NCBI GenBank assembly: GCA_002794465.1
Contig: MTSL01000169.1
Location: 311 to 16,535, forward strand
DNA length: 16,225 nt
Direction of reading: 5' to 3'
Origin: Paramicrosporidium saccamoebae KSL3
Taxonomy: Eukaryota; Fungi; Cryptomycota
Position 1 is the first letter of the stretch; each line of letters opens with the position of its first letter. Made by a program: the position numbers and the translations under genes. This document shows, piece after piece, positions 1 through 7,722 of this stretch. A model generated the notes under the pieces. The model did no database searches, was not told the origin of the DNA, and worked only from the letters and a program-made list of their open reading frames with translations.

Positions 1-1
1 G

Positions 2-379
2 AAATCCAAGTTAAAGGTGCAGTTCTCAAGTCCAGGCGAGCAAACACTCAATACCAAAAAGGGACTCTGGACCGATGAGGGGCTTGAACCGGAACGAGAA
101 ACAAAACTGGGAGATACCATTGCTGCAGGGCCGCAGTATATTAAATTCATCCAACGGGTAGCAAAACTACAGGCAGAGATGTTGGGAATATCGATCGATG
201 AATTGGACATGGACGCCTTAAAGGATGCCCACCAGCATCCCAGTTTTAGCTCTGGAGTGAGGGCTTGTTTTGATGAGCTGGACTTGATTATACAGCCCGC
301 AGTCAATATGATTCAAAGTCTTGTGGAGCTCTTGAATTTTCCATTGGATGAATTTTTGGAGAGAACACGGCGATCATAG
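2..379 (+). CDS. 3' end of a gene starting before the window; hypothetical protein
   Basis: Frame +2 is open from base 2 to TAG at 377-379 (125 codons). The listed GTG start at 17 is probably not the real start. Composition looks like a helical protein; no family recognised. Confidence 0.6.
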   Translation, partial: KSKLKVQFSSPGEQTLNTKKGLWTDEGLEPERETKLGDTIAAGPQYIKFIQRVAKLQAEMLGISIDELDMDALKDAHQHPSFSSGVRACFDELDLIIQPAVNMIQSLVELLNFPLDEFLERTRRS

Positions 380-758
380 CGCGTAGTGGAAGAGGCGTCA
401 TTGTGTTGTTAAAGTCGCGCGGTAAAGTATGAGTATAGGCACAGACACATACGGGCAGATATAGATTCACTTGCTCCTCTTGTGAGGTACTATATCTACG
501 GCCCAGAAATTGCCAAAGCCATTACTACGAATCTCACGTCTTTTGATACGTAGCGAAAAAATTTGCGTTAAGGGATGGTAATATCTATATAAAGTGTGAT
601 CAGACGGGATATATTTAATAAAACCAGTTTTTGCTTCAAGTGTTTGATAGCGGGTTCCTGCACGTGGGTTGTTGTAGCACCACCTAACATCAGAGGATTA
701 TGATTCCAATTTCATTAAGGCTCTTATAGGGGCATCTGGGATCATGAGGTGATCAAGC

Positions 759-834
759 GTGGAATGATAAGCCGGGTGTTTATGTGACCAAATGTGGAAT
801 GATAAGCCGGGTATTCACGTGAACACATGTGGGA
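759..834. repeat. 35-bp tandem repeat, 2 copies plus a partial
   Basis: GTGGAATGATAAGCCGGGT is exact at 759-777 and 794-812; the second halves of the units are similar (gtttatgtgaccaaat / attcacgtgaacacat). Confidence 0.85.
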
Positions 835-1106
835 AATGCCAGAGCAAGAGACGAGAGATGAGAGACGGAAAGATCGTCCCCTTACCCATGTTTTAGCACC
901 TTTTCTACTTTCTGTGGTTTGATGGGTGTGATCACGCCCGCGCGCATCTCACCGGTCGGTCGGTCGTCGAGATTACTCAGAGTTTGTGCCCTCTGACATG
1001 AACCGAGTCATTGGAAAAGTCAATTATTAAGTATTAGCCGAGATACTAGAATCACATGTCCTGGAGGGTTTCCAATGACACCCAAGCACTAGGAGCCAGG
1101 GTTGAC

Positions 1107-1481
1107 ATGACCAGAACAAGCTCGGGATCCAGGAAAAGCGGCCCACCCGCATACTCCAACAGCTACGCTTACAAACAAACGCACGTCAGCACAGAAGCCA
1201 AGGCGCTTCTAGCGACGCCCATTTCCTCCGTTTGCCCACCCTGTCGCGGTGTCTTGGAGTGGCGGAAGCGCTTTAACAAGTACAAGACACTCACTGTGCC
1301 GAAAAAATGTGTCCGATGCGGTGGACGGACGATCAAGGAGCCGTATCATGTGGCATGTGGACAGTGTGTTCGGAAAGAGGCGTGTTGTGCAAAATGTCTG
1401 ACGGCACGGACGGTGTGGCAACAGGCACTTGCTAATGCTGACCAGCCCGTTGTAGATAGCGAAGAAGATGCAGAGAACTAG
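1107..1481 (+). CDS. C9orf85: C9orf85 / DUF2039 family Cys-rich protein
   Basis: CxxC..LEWRK.FNKYK.L..PKKCxxC....IK..YH..CxxC......CAKC matches the family pattern. ATG 1107 (MTRTSSG) fits the family N-terminus better than ATG 1056. Confidence 0.85.
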   Translation: MTRTSSGSRKSGPPAYSNSYAYKQTHVSTEAKALLATPISSVCPPCRGVLEWRKRFNKYKTLTVPKKCVRCGGRTIKEPYHVACGQCVRKEACCAKCLTARTVWQQALANADQPVVDSEEDAEN

Positions 1482-1638
1482 GTGAGGGTGAGGGTAATGT
1501 GTTTATAAGTACCTGCTCTGTACTCATGAGCATTTATACAGTTATTCATAAAAGTTTCGACAAGAATATAAACAGTTAAAGCATTGCGTTTATAAGCCAG
1601 CTTTCACGTTCACTCACTCTATAAGCATTTACAAGTGT

Positions 1639-1896
1639 CTATTTTGCATCCGCAATCCGCCATTTTCCGCCCCACATTTCACGCTCACTAATCTCTCCTC
1701 CCGTAGTACTCCAGACACGTGCCCGTACTCCACCGCGTTCCATCTCCATCCGACCGACAGTCAATTCGCGTCCCGAGAGTGTCTCCTTCACCCGCAGACC
1801 GATGCGTATGGGTTGGCGAAGGAGAAGGGTGGGAAGGGAAGTGACACGAGGAACACGAAGAGCAGCAGTCGGAATTGCCTTGAACAATGCCTCCAT
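1639..1896 (-). CDS. Small hypothetical protein (85 aa), weak resemblance to mitoribosomal mS34
   Basis: ATG 1896 to TAG 1639; GC-richer than the AT-rich flanks; convergent with C9orf85. Basic, Arg-rich sequence with L..LL.R.P..IG.RV...RVW....G...W spacing. Confidence 0.45.
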   Translation of the reverse strand: MEALFKAIPTAALRVPRVTSLPTLLLRQPIRIGLRVKETLSGRELTVGRMEMERGGVRARVWSTTGGEISEREMWGGKWRIADAK

Positions 1897-1966
1897 CAAC
1901 GAATAATATATTTGTGGTTTGGTAAGACCTGACAATACACATGTTCAGTTGACCAATGACTGCACC

Positions 1967-2179
1967 GTCGCGTAGTGGGGATAATACCGCATACTTTGTC
2001 AGGCGGGAAGAGACGAGATGAAATGAGACACGATGAAACGATATGAAAACTCGTTCACTGTTAATCCAACGGGCCCAATTCAGGCGGAAAGAGGGCCTGC
2101 TCACTGCTAATATTGGAATCGTAAGGATACAGATCTCGCTGTTCTCAAATACCTAGCTAATCGATCCACTCTATCACAC
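1967..2179 (+). repeat. Dispersed intergenic element, copy 1
   Basis: Head 1967-2001 matches 9064-9098 at 29/35 ungapped; tail 2101-2179 matches 9362-9440 at 57/79 ungapped (counted by hand). Confidence 0.75.
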
Positions 2180-2250
2180 AAATATGTCTTTTCCAAACTA
2201 ATCAACCCTCTACGTCAAATACCCAAATAATCAATCCTTTACATCACAGC
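2146..2250. repeat. Three degenerate 29-41 bp sub-repeats (core cc.aa(c/a)taatc..cc.ct...tca)
   Basis: (c/a)taatc cores at 2157, 2198 and 2227 with similar flanks, immediately downstream of the gcvT stop. Confidence 0.55.
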
Positions 2251-2251
2251 A

Positions 2252-3414
2252 CTAGCTCGCATTTCGGTAGTAACGATAGGGGACAAATGGTAATTTGGTG
2301 ACGGAAATTGGATACTGTTTGCCCCGGATTTGGACTGCGAGAGAGGTGGAATTAGCTAGAGATTTCAACCCTTCCACGCTGTCTGCATTGACATATCCCA
2401 TCGAAATGTTGCTGTTGGTGTGTGGTGAAAAGGTACCACTTGTAATTTTGCCAACGACGGATCCATTTTCCAACTCAGTAATTACTGCGCCTTCTCGAGG
2501 CAGTGGTCCCTCTGGACTAGTAAAGCCAAGCCGTTTTTTTGTGACGCCCATCCGCATCTGCATACTCAGGCGATCAAATCCAGGATAGTCTTTGCGGCTT
2601 TTGGATATAATCCATTGTAGGCCAGCTTCGATGGGAGTAACAGTTTCATCAACATCATGCCCGTAAAGACACAGTCCAGCCTCAAGACGGAGAATGTCCC
2701 TCGCAGCCAATCCTGCCAGTTTCACTCTAGCGTCTTTCAGCAACAACTCGGCCATTGAGGGAGCTGCTTCGGGTTTCACGCTAATCTCAAATCCATCCTC
2801 GCCAGTATAACCGCATCTGGTAATTGTAAACTCTGCAGATTCCAGCGAATTCATAAACAACAGGCTCGTGGCCTGATGTTCACTCAGTAATCCACAACTT
2901 ACGACAACATCTATTGCTTCAGGGCCTAAACGTTATCACAGCAAACGGACAGTGCCTTGCAGTGCAAACAGTGCATTCTCGCATACGCTGACATTGTCGC
3001 TTAACAGGGCTAACACTGCATTGACACGCGATGCATTGGACACGAGAGTATAGTTCGATTCTCTCTTTGTTAAAATGGCATCGTCAATAATTCCGCCTTG
3101 TTCATTCAAGATGGCAGTGTATTGGGCAGCACCCACTCGCATCGTCTTGGTGTCGACAGGCATGAGTGATTCCACTAGTTTAGAAGCAGAATGTCCCTCC
3201 AACCTACACTTGGAGCACATGAATTGGGACTGAACCGGCATTGCAGCATGTGCGATACGTCGAATAGTGATGCATGGCGTCTTGTATGTCGCACAGATTC
3301 CAGGACAGATGTTCCGTCAAATTGGATGGGCATTAACCAACCTGCAAAGGGCACCATCTTGCCACCGTTTTGCACAAGAGTCTCGTATAACAGAGTCTTT
3401 CTCAACAAACTCAT
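2252..3414 (-). CDS. GCV1: Aminomethyltransferase (glycine cleavage T protein); exons 3414-3236, 3203-2956, 2925-2252; 366 aa (391 aa if ATG 3489 is used)
   Basis: Motifs LRKT.LY, KMVPFAGW.MPIQF, LFDVSHM, GGIIDD, ALQG|P, TRCGYTGEDGFEI, GLAARD.LRLEAGLCLYG, G.ITSG.FSP, KLPFVP..YY. Two introns restore one reading frame (1101 nt). Confidence 0.95.
2926..2955 (-). other. Spliceosomal intron 2 of GCV1, 30 nt, GC-AG (alternative: 21-nt GT-AG, 2926-2946)
   Basis: Contains in-frame TGA TAA, so it must be removed. AAG|GCACTG...TTTAG|GC restores the invariant LQGP motif. Confidence 0.7.
3204..3235 (-). other. Spliceosomal intron 1 of GCV1, 32 nt, GT-AG
   Basis: GTTCAG...GTGTAG; removal joins HMLQCR to LEGHSASKLVESL and gives exactly the frame shift between the two ORFs. 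Confidence 0.85.
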
Positions 3415-3494
3415 GATAACAGCTAAATGTTTACCCGCATTGTAAGCAAGCCGGGGAATCCAATAGCGAGTGTTTATTTCCACTCTCATACACA

Positions 3495-4178
3495 ATGAGA
3501 CCTTTAAAACATGTCGTTTTTGACATGGACGGACTCTTACTTGACACGGAAAGACTCTACACTCAAGTATATACGGAGCTGCTTGCTCAATGGGGCAAGC
3601 TGTTCACAATGAAATTCAAACTCCGTTTAATGGGTCTGAGTGCCGCCGAGTCTGCCGTGTTGACGGTAAAAGAATACGAACTGCCGGTTGAGCCTGCAGA
3701 GTTTCAGCGAATGGCAATGGAGAAACAATTGGAAGCATTTAAGGAGTGTTCATTAATGCCTGGTGTGGAGAGACTGCTAAAGCATCTTGCGTCCTGTCAT
3801 GTGCCCATGGCAGTGGCCACCAGCTCCAGAAAGGACACCTACACTATTAAAACGGCCTCTCATCCGGAATTGTTCAAGCTATTTACCGTCGTGGTTAACG
3901 GAGACGATCCAGCAGTAAAGCGTGCCAAACCCTTTCCTGATATTTTCCTAACGGCTGCTGAGCGACTTGGAGTCAATCCTGCGACGTGTCTGGCCCTAGA
4001 AGACTCTCCTAACGGAGTGCGATCAGCTCTGGCAGCGGGAATGTCGGTTATTTGGATACCTGACGCCGCACATGATTTCAGTGTGGATCACGATGATCTG
4101 CTTGACCACCCAGAAATACAAAGACTGGCTTCATTAGAGGATTTCCGACCCGAACATTGGGGTCTACCATCTTTCTAA
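3495..4178 (+). CDS. PUDP: HAD-superfamily pseudouridine-5'-phosphatase (HDHD1/GS1-like)
   Basis: Motif I FDMDGLLLDTE, motif II ATSS, motif III KP.PDIF, motif IV EDSPNGV; C-terminal SLEDFRPE.WGLPSF typical of the HDHD1 subfamily. Confidence 0.9.
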   Translation: MRPLKHVVFDMDGLLLDTERLYTQVYTELLAQWGKLFTMKFKLRLMGLSAAESAVLTVKEYELPVEPAEFQRMAMEKQLEAFKECSLMPGVERLLKHLASCHVPMAVATSSRKDTYTIKTASHPELFKLFTVVVNGDDPAVKRAKPFPDIFLTAAERLGVNPATCLALEDSPNGVRSALAAGMSVIWIPDAAHDFSVDHDDLLDHPEIQRLASLEDFRPEHWGLPSF

Positions 4179-4182
4179 TAAA
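4177..4182 (+). terminator. AATAAA polyadenylation-like signal overlapping the PUDP stop codon
   Basis: TAATAAA at 4176-4182; the same arrangement occurs at 5134-5139 after the first B3/4 gene. Confidence 0.4.
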
Positions 4183-4299
4183 TTTACTTTATAGTCTGAA
4201 TGGGTACTGTGGGGTTAATAATGGCCTAGGAGCTTTGATCCGTAACATATTCTCGTACAACAAACATCTTATCTCTCATCTCTACAGTTGTGGTGGTCA

Positions 4300-4335
4300 G
4301 AATGTTCCAAATTGTTCCATTTTGCGATGAGTCAT
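4300..4335 (+). promoter_or_regulatory. Composite HSE-like (GAAtgTTC-N7-TTC, 4300-4317) plus Gcn4/AP-1 site (ATGAGTCAT, 4327-4335)
   Basis: Motifs match known HSF and Gcn4 consensus sequences and are conserved in the paralogue's promoter while the surrounding DNA has diverged. Confidence 0.6.
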
Positions 4336-4402
4336 CCCCCTTGGCGTAAATACAAAAGTCACGCCCCGGCTGGGATAACTTGAGCCACTCGCTTATCTTT
4401 AG

Positions 4403-5134
4403 ATGACCAAGAATCAGTTTGTCCTCGCCCCCGAGATCTTGACCCGCATTCCGGGAATTCGTATCCTTTTGTTTACCCTGCACGCTGTGAGTCAATCCGA
4501 TACCACCCTCCAATCAAAGTGTCAAGAGCTGTTGAATAATTGTTGGCGCGATTGTGGTGCCTTGTTTAACGGTCCTACCTATGCTAATGTGCAATCGCAT
4601 CCTCAACTAGCTGCTTGGCGTGACTGTTTCAAGTCTCTGGGAATCTCTGTCAAGAAGCACGTCTGTTCCGCAGAATCATTGGCAAAACGAGCAGCAAAGG
4701 ATCCCTCACCGCGAAGCATTAATCCGCTCGTAGACTTTTACAACGCAATTTCAATTCGCCATCTGGTGCCGTTTGGAGCATTTGATCGGAAGGATCTGGA
4801 GGGCAAATGTATGTCATTGAGATTCACCAAGGAAGGGGACACCTTCATGCCATTGGACGGTGAGCAGGCAGAGCAATTGCCTGCGGGTGAAGCGGCCTAT
4901 ATCTGTGAACCGGGAACGGTAATCACCCGACACATTAACTACAAACAGTCCAAATTTGCCCTGATCGGGGATGAGTCCCAAGACGTGGTAATGATGGCCG
5001 AGCTGCTCCCGTCAGTTGATGATGCAGCATTGGATAAATTAGCAAACGATCTTAAAGAACAATGCAAACAGCTGTTTAATCAGGAAATTGATCTCAAAAT
5101 CATCACTACTGGAGGTGAAATAGTTTCCTACTAA
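4403..5134 (+). CDS. Stand-alone B3/4-domain protein (PheRS-beta editing-like, tRNA trans-editing family), copy A, 243 aa
   Basis: AWRDCF.SLG...KK..CSAESL.KR...SINPLVDFYNAISI...PFGAFD, FT.EGD.F.PLDG, GE..Y, RH.N..Q match the bacterial B3/4 protein pattern; intronless. Confidence 0.88.
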   Translation: MTKNQFVLAPEILTRIPGIRILLFTLHAVSQSDTTLQSKCQELLNNCWRDCGALFNGPTYANVQSHPQLAAWRDCFKSLGISVKKHVCSAESLAKRAAKDPSPRSINPLVDFYNAISIRHLVPFGAFDRKDLEGKCMSLRFTKEGDTFMPLDGEQAEQLPAGEAAYICEPGTVITRHINYKQSKFALIGDESQDVVMMAELLPSVDDAALDKLANDLKEQCKQLFNQEIDLKIITTGGEIVSY

Positions 5135-5389
5135 ATAAAAAATAATAAACATCCAACGTAATCACATAAAGTTTGACTGCTAGTTGTGAGGTTAGATTCT
5201 GTTAACTAATATGCGCTCAAGATTGGTAATTGTAATAGGTATCCCACAATCATGAGGGTAATATCCTGTAATGATGCCTTTAATAAATATATACTCTTAC
5301 GCATTGACAGAGTTCCCCTGTTGCCCTATTTACGATGGTACCCTGCAAATATTTGGACGGGCTCTGTCTACATGGGACAAATACTGATG

Positions 5390-5424
5390 GAACATTCCAA
5401 TTTATTCCATTGTGGATGAGTCAT
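5390..5424 (+). promoter_or_regulatory. Composite HSE-like (GAAcaTTC-N7-TTC, 5390-5407) plus Gcn4/AP-1 site (ATGAGTCAT, 5416-5424)
   Basis: Same module as 4300-4335, about 50 bp upstream of ATG 5472. Confidence 0.6.
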
Positions 5425-5471
5425 TTCTCGAGACACGACTATTTAGTCGTTCGCTCGGCTGGTGATTATAA

Positions 5472-6203
5472 ATGATTGAAAACCGCTTCTTGCTTGATTC
5501 AGAGATCCAAAGGCGCATCCCAGGAATCCGCATCCTCCTCTTTACTCTGCGCAATGTAAACCAATCGGATCCCGTCCTCCAGGAGAAATGCCAGGAGCTA
5601 TTACAAAGTAGATGGCGTGACTGTCGTGCCTTGTTTACCGGTCCCACTTATGCCGGTGTGCAGTCGCATCCTCAGTTGGCTGCCTGGCGCGACTGCTTTA
5701 AATCGTTGGGCATTCCCATCAAAAAGTTTGTCTGCTCCGCCGAATCTCTGGCAAAGCGCGCCGTCAAGGACCCCGAACCCCGCAGCATTAGTCCTCTCGT
5801 CGATTTCTATAATGCAATCTCGATTCGCCATTTAGTGTCATTTGGAGCCTTTGATCTGCAAAGTCTGCAGGGACGCTGCATGACATTTAGATTTACCAAA
5901 GAGGGCGATGTGTATTCGGCACTGGATGGAACACAAGAGGAGAAAATGCCGGTAGGCGAGGCAGCAAATATCTGCGAACCCAATACAGTGCTCGCTCGAC
6001 ACATGAACTGGAGACAATCCAAATTCGCGTTGATTGGAAACGAGTCAAAGGACGTGGTTATGGTAGCCGCGTTGCTCGAGTCACTGGACAATGCTGCGTT
6101 GGACAAACTGAAGACTGATATCCACGAACAGTGCAAAGTCTTGTTCGATCAGGAAACTGACATCAAGATTATCCACACTGCTGGAGAGGCTGTTCCCTAC
6201 TAA
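5472..6203 (+). CDS. Stand-alone B3/4-domain protein, copy B, 243 aa
   Basis: 174/243 residues identical to copy A (about 72%, ungapped hand count); same family motifs, with RHMNWRQ. Confidence 0.88.
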   Translation: MIENRFLLDSEIQRRIPGIRILLFTLRNVNQSDPVLQEKCQELLQSRWRDCRALFTGPTYAGVQSHPQLAAWRDCFKSLGIPIKKFVCSAESLAKRAVKDPEPRSISPLVDFYNAISIRHLVSFGAFDLQSLQGRCMTFRFTKEGDVYSALDGTQEEKMPVGEAANICEPNTVLARHMNWRQSKFALIGNESKDVVMVAALLESLDNAALDKLKTDIHEQCKVLFDQETDIKIIHTAGEAVPY

Positions 6204-6219
6204 GTTTGGGCATCTACTT

Positions 6220-6279
6220 TCTCATTAGTAAGGAGTCTCGCCCGTAATGAATCTCACTAGTAATAAATCTCGCTAGTAA
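6220..6279. repeat. 16-bp-period tandem repeat x4 (core TCTCRYYMGTAA)
   Basis: Cores at 6220, 6236, 6252 and 6268, between convergent stop codons. Confidence 0.75.
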
Positions 6280-6318
6280 CAATTTTTCATTTATTGGATT
6301 GTCATGTGTAAGAAAGCT

Positions 6319-7443
6319 TTAACAAAAGCTCTCGGCATGTAGACGATCAATACGGGCTTCAATAGAAGCATCGTCCGAGGAAAAGTATTCGTACCACTTG
6401 CAAGCCGTAGCCACTCTTGTGCTTTGGTACTGCAGATGCTCAATCATCTGGGCTGCCCCTCCGTATGCTGCAACAAAGCGATCGGCAGTATAGATGGTGT
6501 TACGTATGTACCAGCTGGCCAAGGGGTAAACGATAATAACACCAGCCATCATCACAATACTGGAAATAGTGATGGCCGAGACGGGCGGAAAGACCACCCC
6601 GGGATGCTTAGTGAAGCCAAATAAATCGTAAAACGCACCAGTATTTAGGATGTAGAACGAGAGAAGGAGATTGATCAGACCGGGCAAGACTACAAAAGCA
6701 GCCACTTGTATAGGCCTCACTCGACATCCAAGACCGTAAGTAACAGTCGCCCATAAATGTTCAGGCTTGGCAAGAGTCTTTTTGTCAATGTAGATGCGCT
6801 CAGTCAGCAGATTGCGCTGGTAAAAGACACCTGGTTTCTCTGTAATCGCGAGACCAGTGACAGGGAAGCCTTGTCTTTCGCAAAGTTGAAAGACTTTTTC
6901 AGTGCTTGCATCACGCTTAAGAGGCTGGTCGAAATGAAATTGCAGAGGGAACACTGCAAATATTCCAATTCGCACTACAAGTTGGATGACGAGTTGGATG
7001 ACAAGTCCCATCCAGCCCCAATCGGATAGTCGTGTAAACAGTAGCGCAAACATGAACTCTATACCCAGTCGAAGTGACATTTCGCATATCATTAGCAAGG
7101 TCCAGTTAAAACCCGAACCTACCCCAAAATTCAGTACTGCGAAAAAGGTCAAGAACGGCATGAGGTTCATAAAACAATAGGGCCACTTTCCTGCACCTCC
7201 CATAGACTTCTCTATAGCTATCGCCTGTATCCAAAATAATGACAGGGATCCTTTTAGTATCACCCTGCAGTAGCTGGCAAGCAAAACAGCTAAACAGATG
7301 GGCAGCAGGAGAGTGGACCAGGTGCGGCCGGTATTGTTGTATTTAGGCTTCCAGCGCAAGATGTGCACCGTCTGCCAGGCGAGTGAGACCAGGTGGACAC
7401 TTATGATAGTAGCAAAGAAGCTGATGACGTAGGTGCTGTTCAT
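6319..7443 (-). CDS. Ste24/CAAX prenyl protease (peptidase M48A)-like membrane protein, predicted inactive, 374 aa
   Basis: Multiple hydrophobic segments; L....GFP...L, RI.I, ADRF, IEARI align with Ste24. HExxH position reads YGLGC. ATG 7443 is supported by alignment with the paralogue start. Confidence 0.75.
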   Translation of the reverse strand: MNSTYVISFFATIISVHLVSLAWQTVHILRWKPKYNNTGRTWSTLLLPICLAVLLASYCRVILKGSLSLFWIQAIAIEKSMGGAGKWPYCFMNLMPFLTFFAVLNFGVGSGFNWTLLMICEMSLRLGIEFMFALLFTRLSDWGWMGLVIQLVIQLVVRIGIFAVFPLQFHFDQPLKRDASTEKVFQLCERQGFPVTGLAITEKPGVFYQRNLLTERIYIDKKTLAKPEHLWATVTYGLGCRVRPIQVAAFVVLPGLINLLLSFYILNTGAFYDLFGFTKHPGVVFPPVSAITISSIVMMAGVIIVYPLASWYIRNTIYTADRFVAAYGGAAQMIEHLQYQSTRVATACKWYEYFSSDDASIEARIDRLHAESFC

Positions 7444-7610
7444 TTTTCGAATGACTGTGATTGGACCTGCCCCATAATAGGTCCAAGAATCGGTCCACGG
7501 GACGGGATAGGCCAATCCGCGACGCCTAAAGAATAACAACCCCAATCGTACCAAAAATTCCGACCTATAAAAAACGGTCTCTCCATTGTTTGGGCACTAT
7601 GCCGGGGATG

Positions 7611-7722
7611 CCATGCCAGTTAGTGGTTCCTTATCGTCCGTGCCAGTCAGTGGCTCCTTGTCATCCATGCTAGTTAGTGGCTCCTTGTCGTCCATGCTAG
7701 TTAGTGGCTCCTTGTCTTCCAT
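7611..7722. repeat. 27-bp tandem repeat x4 (reads DDKEPLTSM on minus, MLVSGSLSS on plus)
   Basis: Units start at 7611, 7638, 7665 and 7692; an isolated core GGCTCCTTGTC recurs at 7853-7863. Confidence 0.9.

Noticed and set aside
759-834. CRISPR-like look (19-bp constant part plus 16-bp variable part)
   Set aside because: Only two units, the variable parts resemble each other, no cas genes, eukaryotic context.
1967-1980. CACTA transposon terminus (…TAGTG / CACTAC…)
   Set aside because: Similarity between copies continues past TAGTG and no paired inverted end or 3-bp TSD is visible.
2926-2955. Stop-codon readthrough instead of an intron in gcvT
   Set aside because: Two different consecutive stops (TGA TAA), and readthrough would insert 10 residues into LQGP.
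2252-6203. gcvT + HAD + B3/4 as a transferred bacterial operon
   Set aside because: gcvT has spliceosomal introns and the HAD looks like the eukaryotic HDHD1 type; only the B3/4 genes look bacterial.
7444-7586. Extra 5' exon for the first Ste24-like gene (ATG 7586, 26-nt GTACGA…TTTAG intron)
   Set aside because: Possible in frame, but both paralogues align from MN at 7443 and 9010, so it is not needed; cannot be excluded without RNA data.
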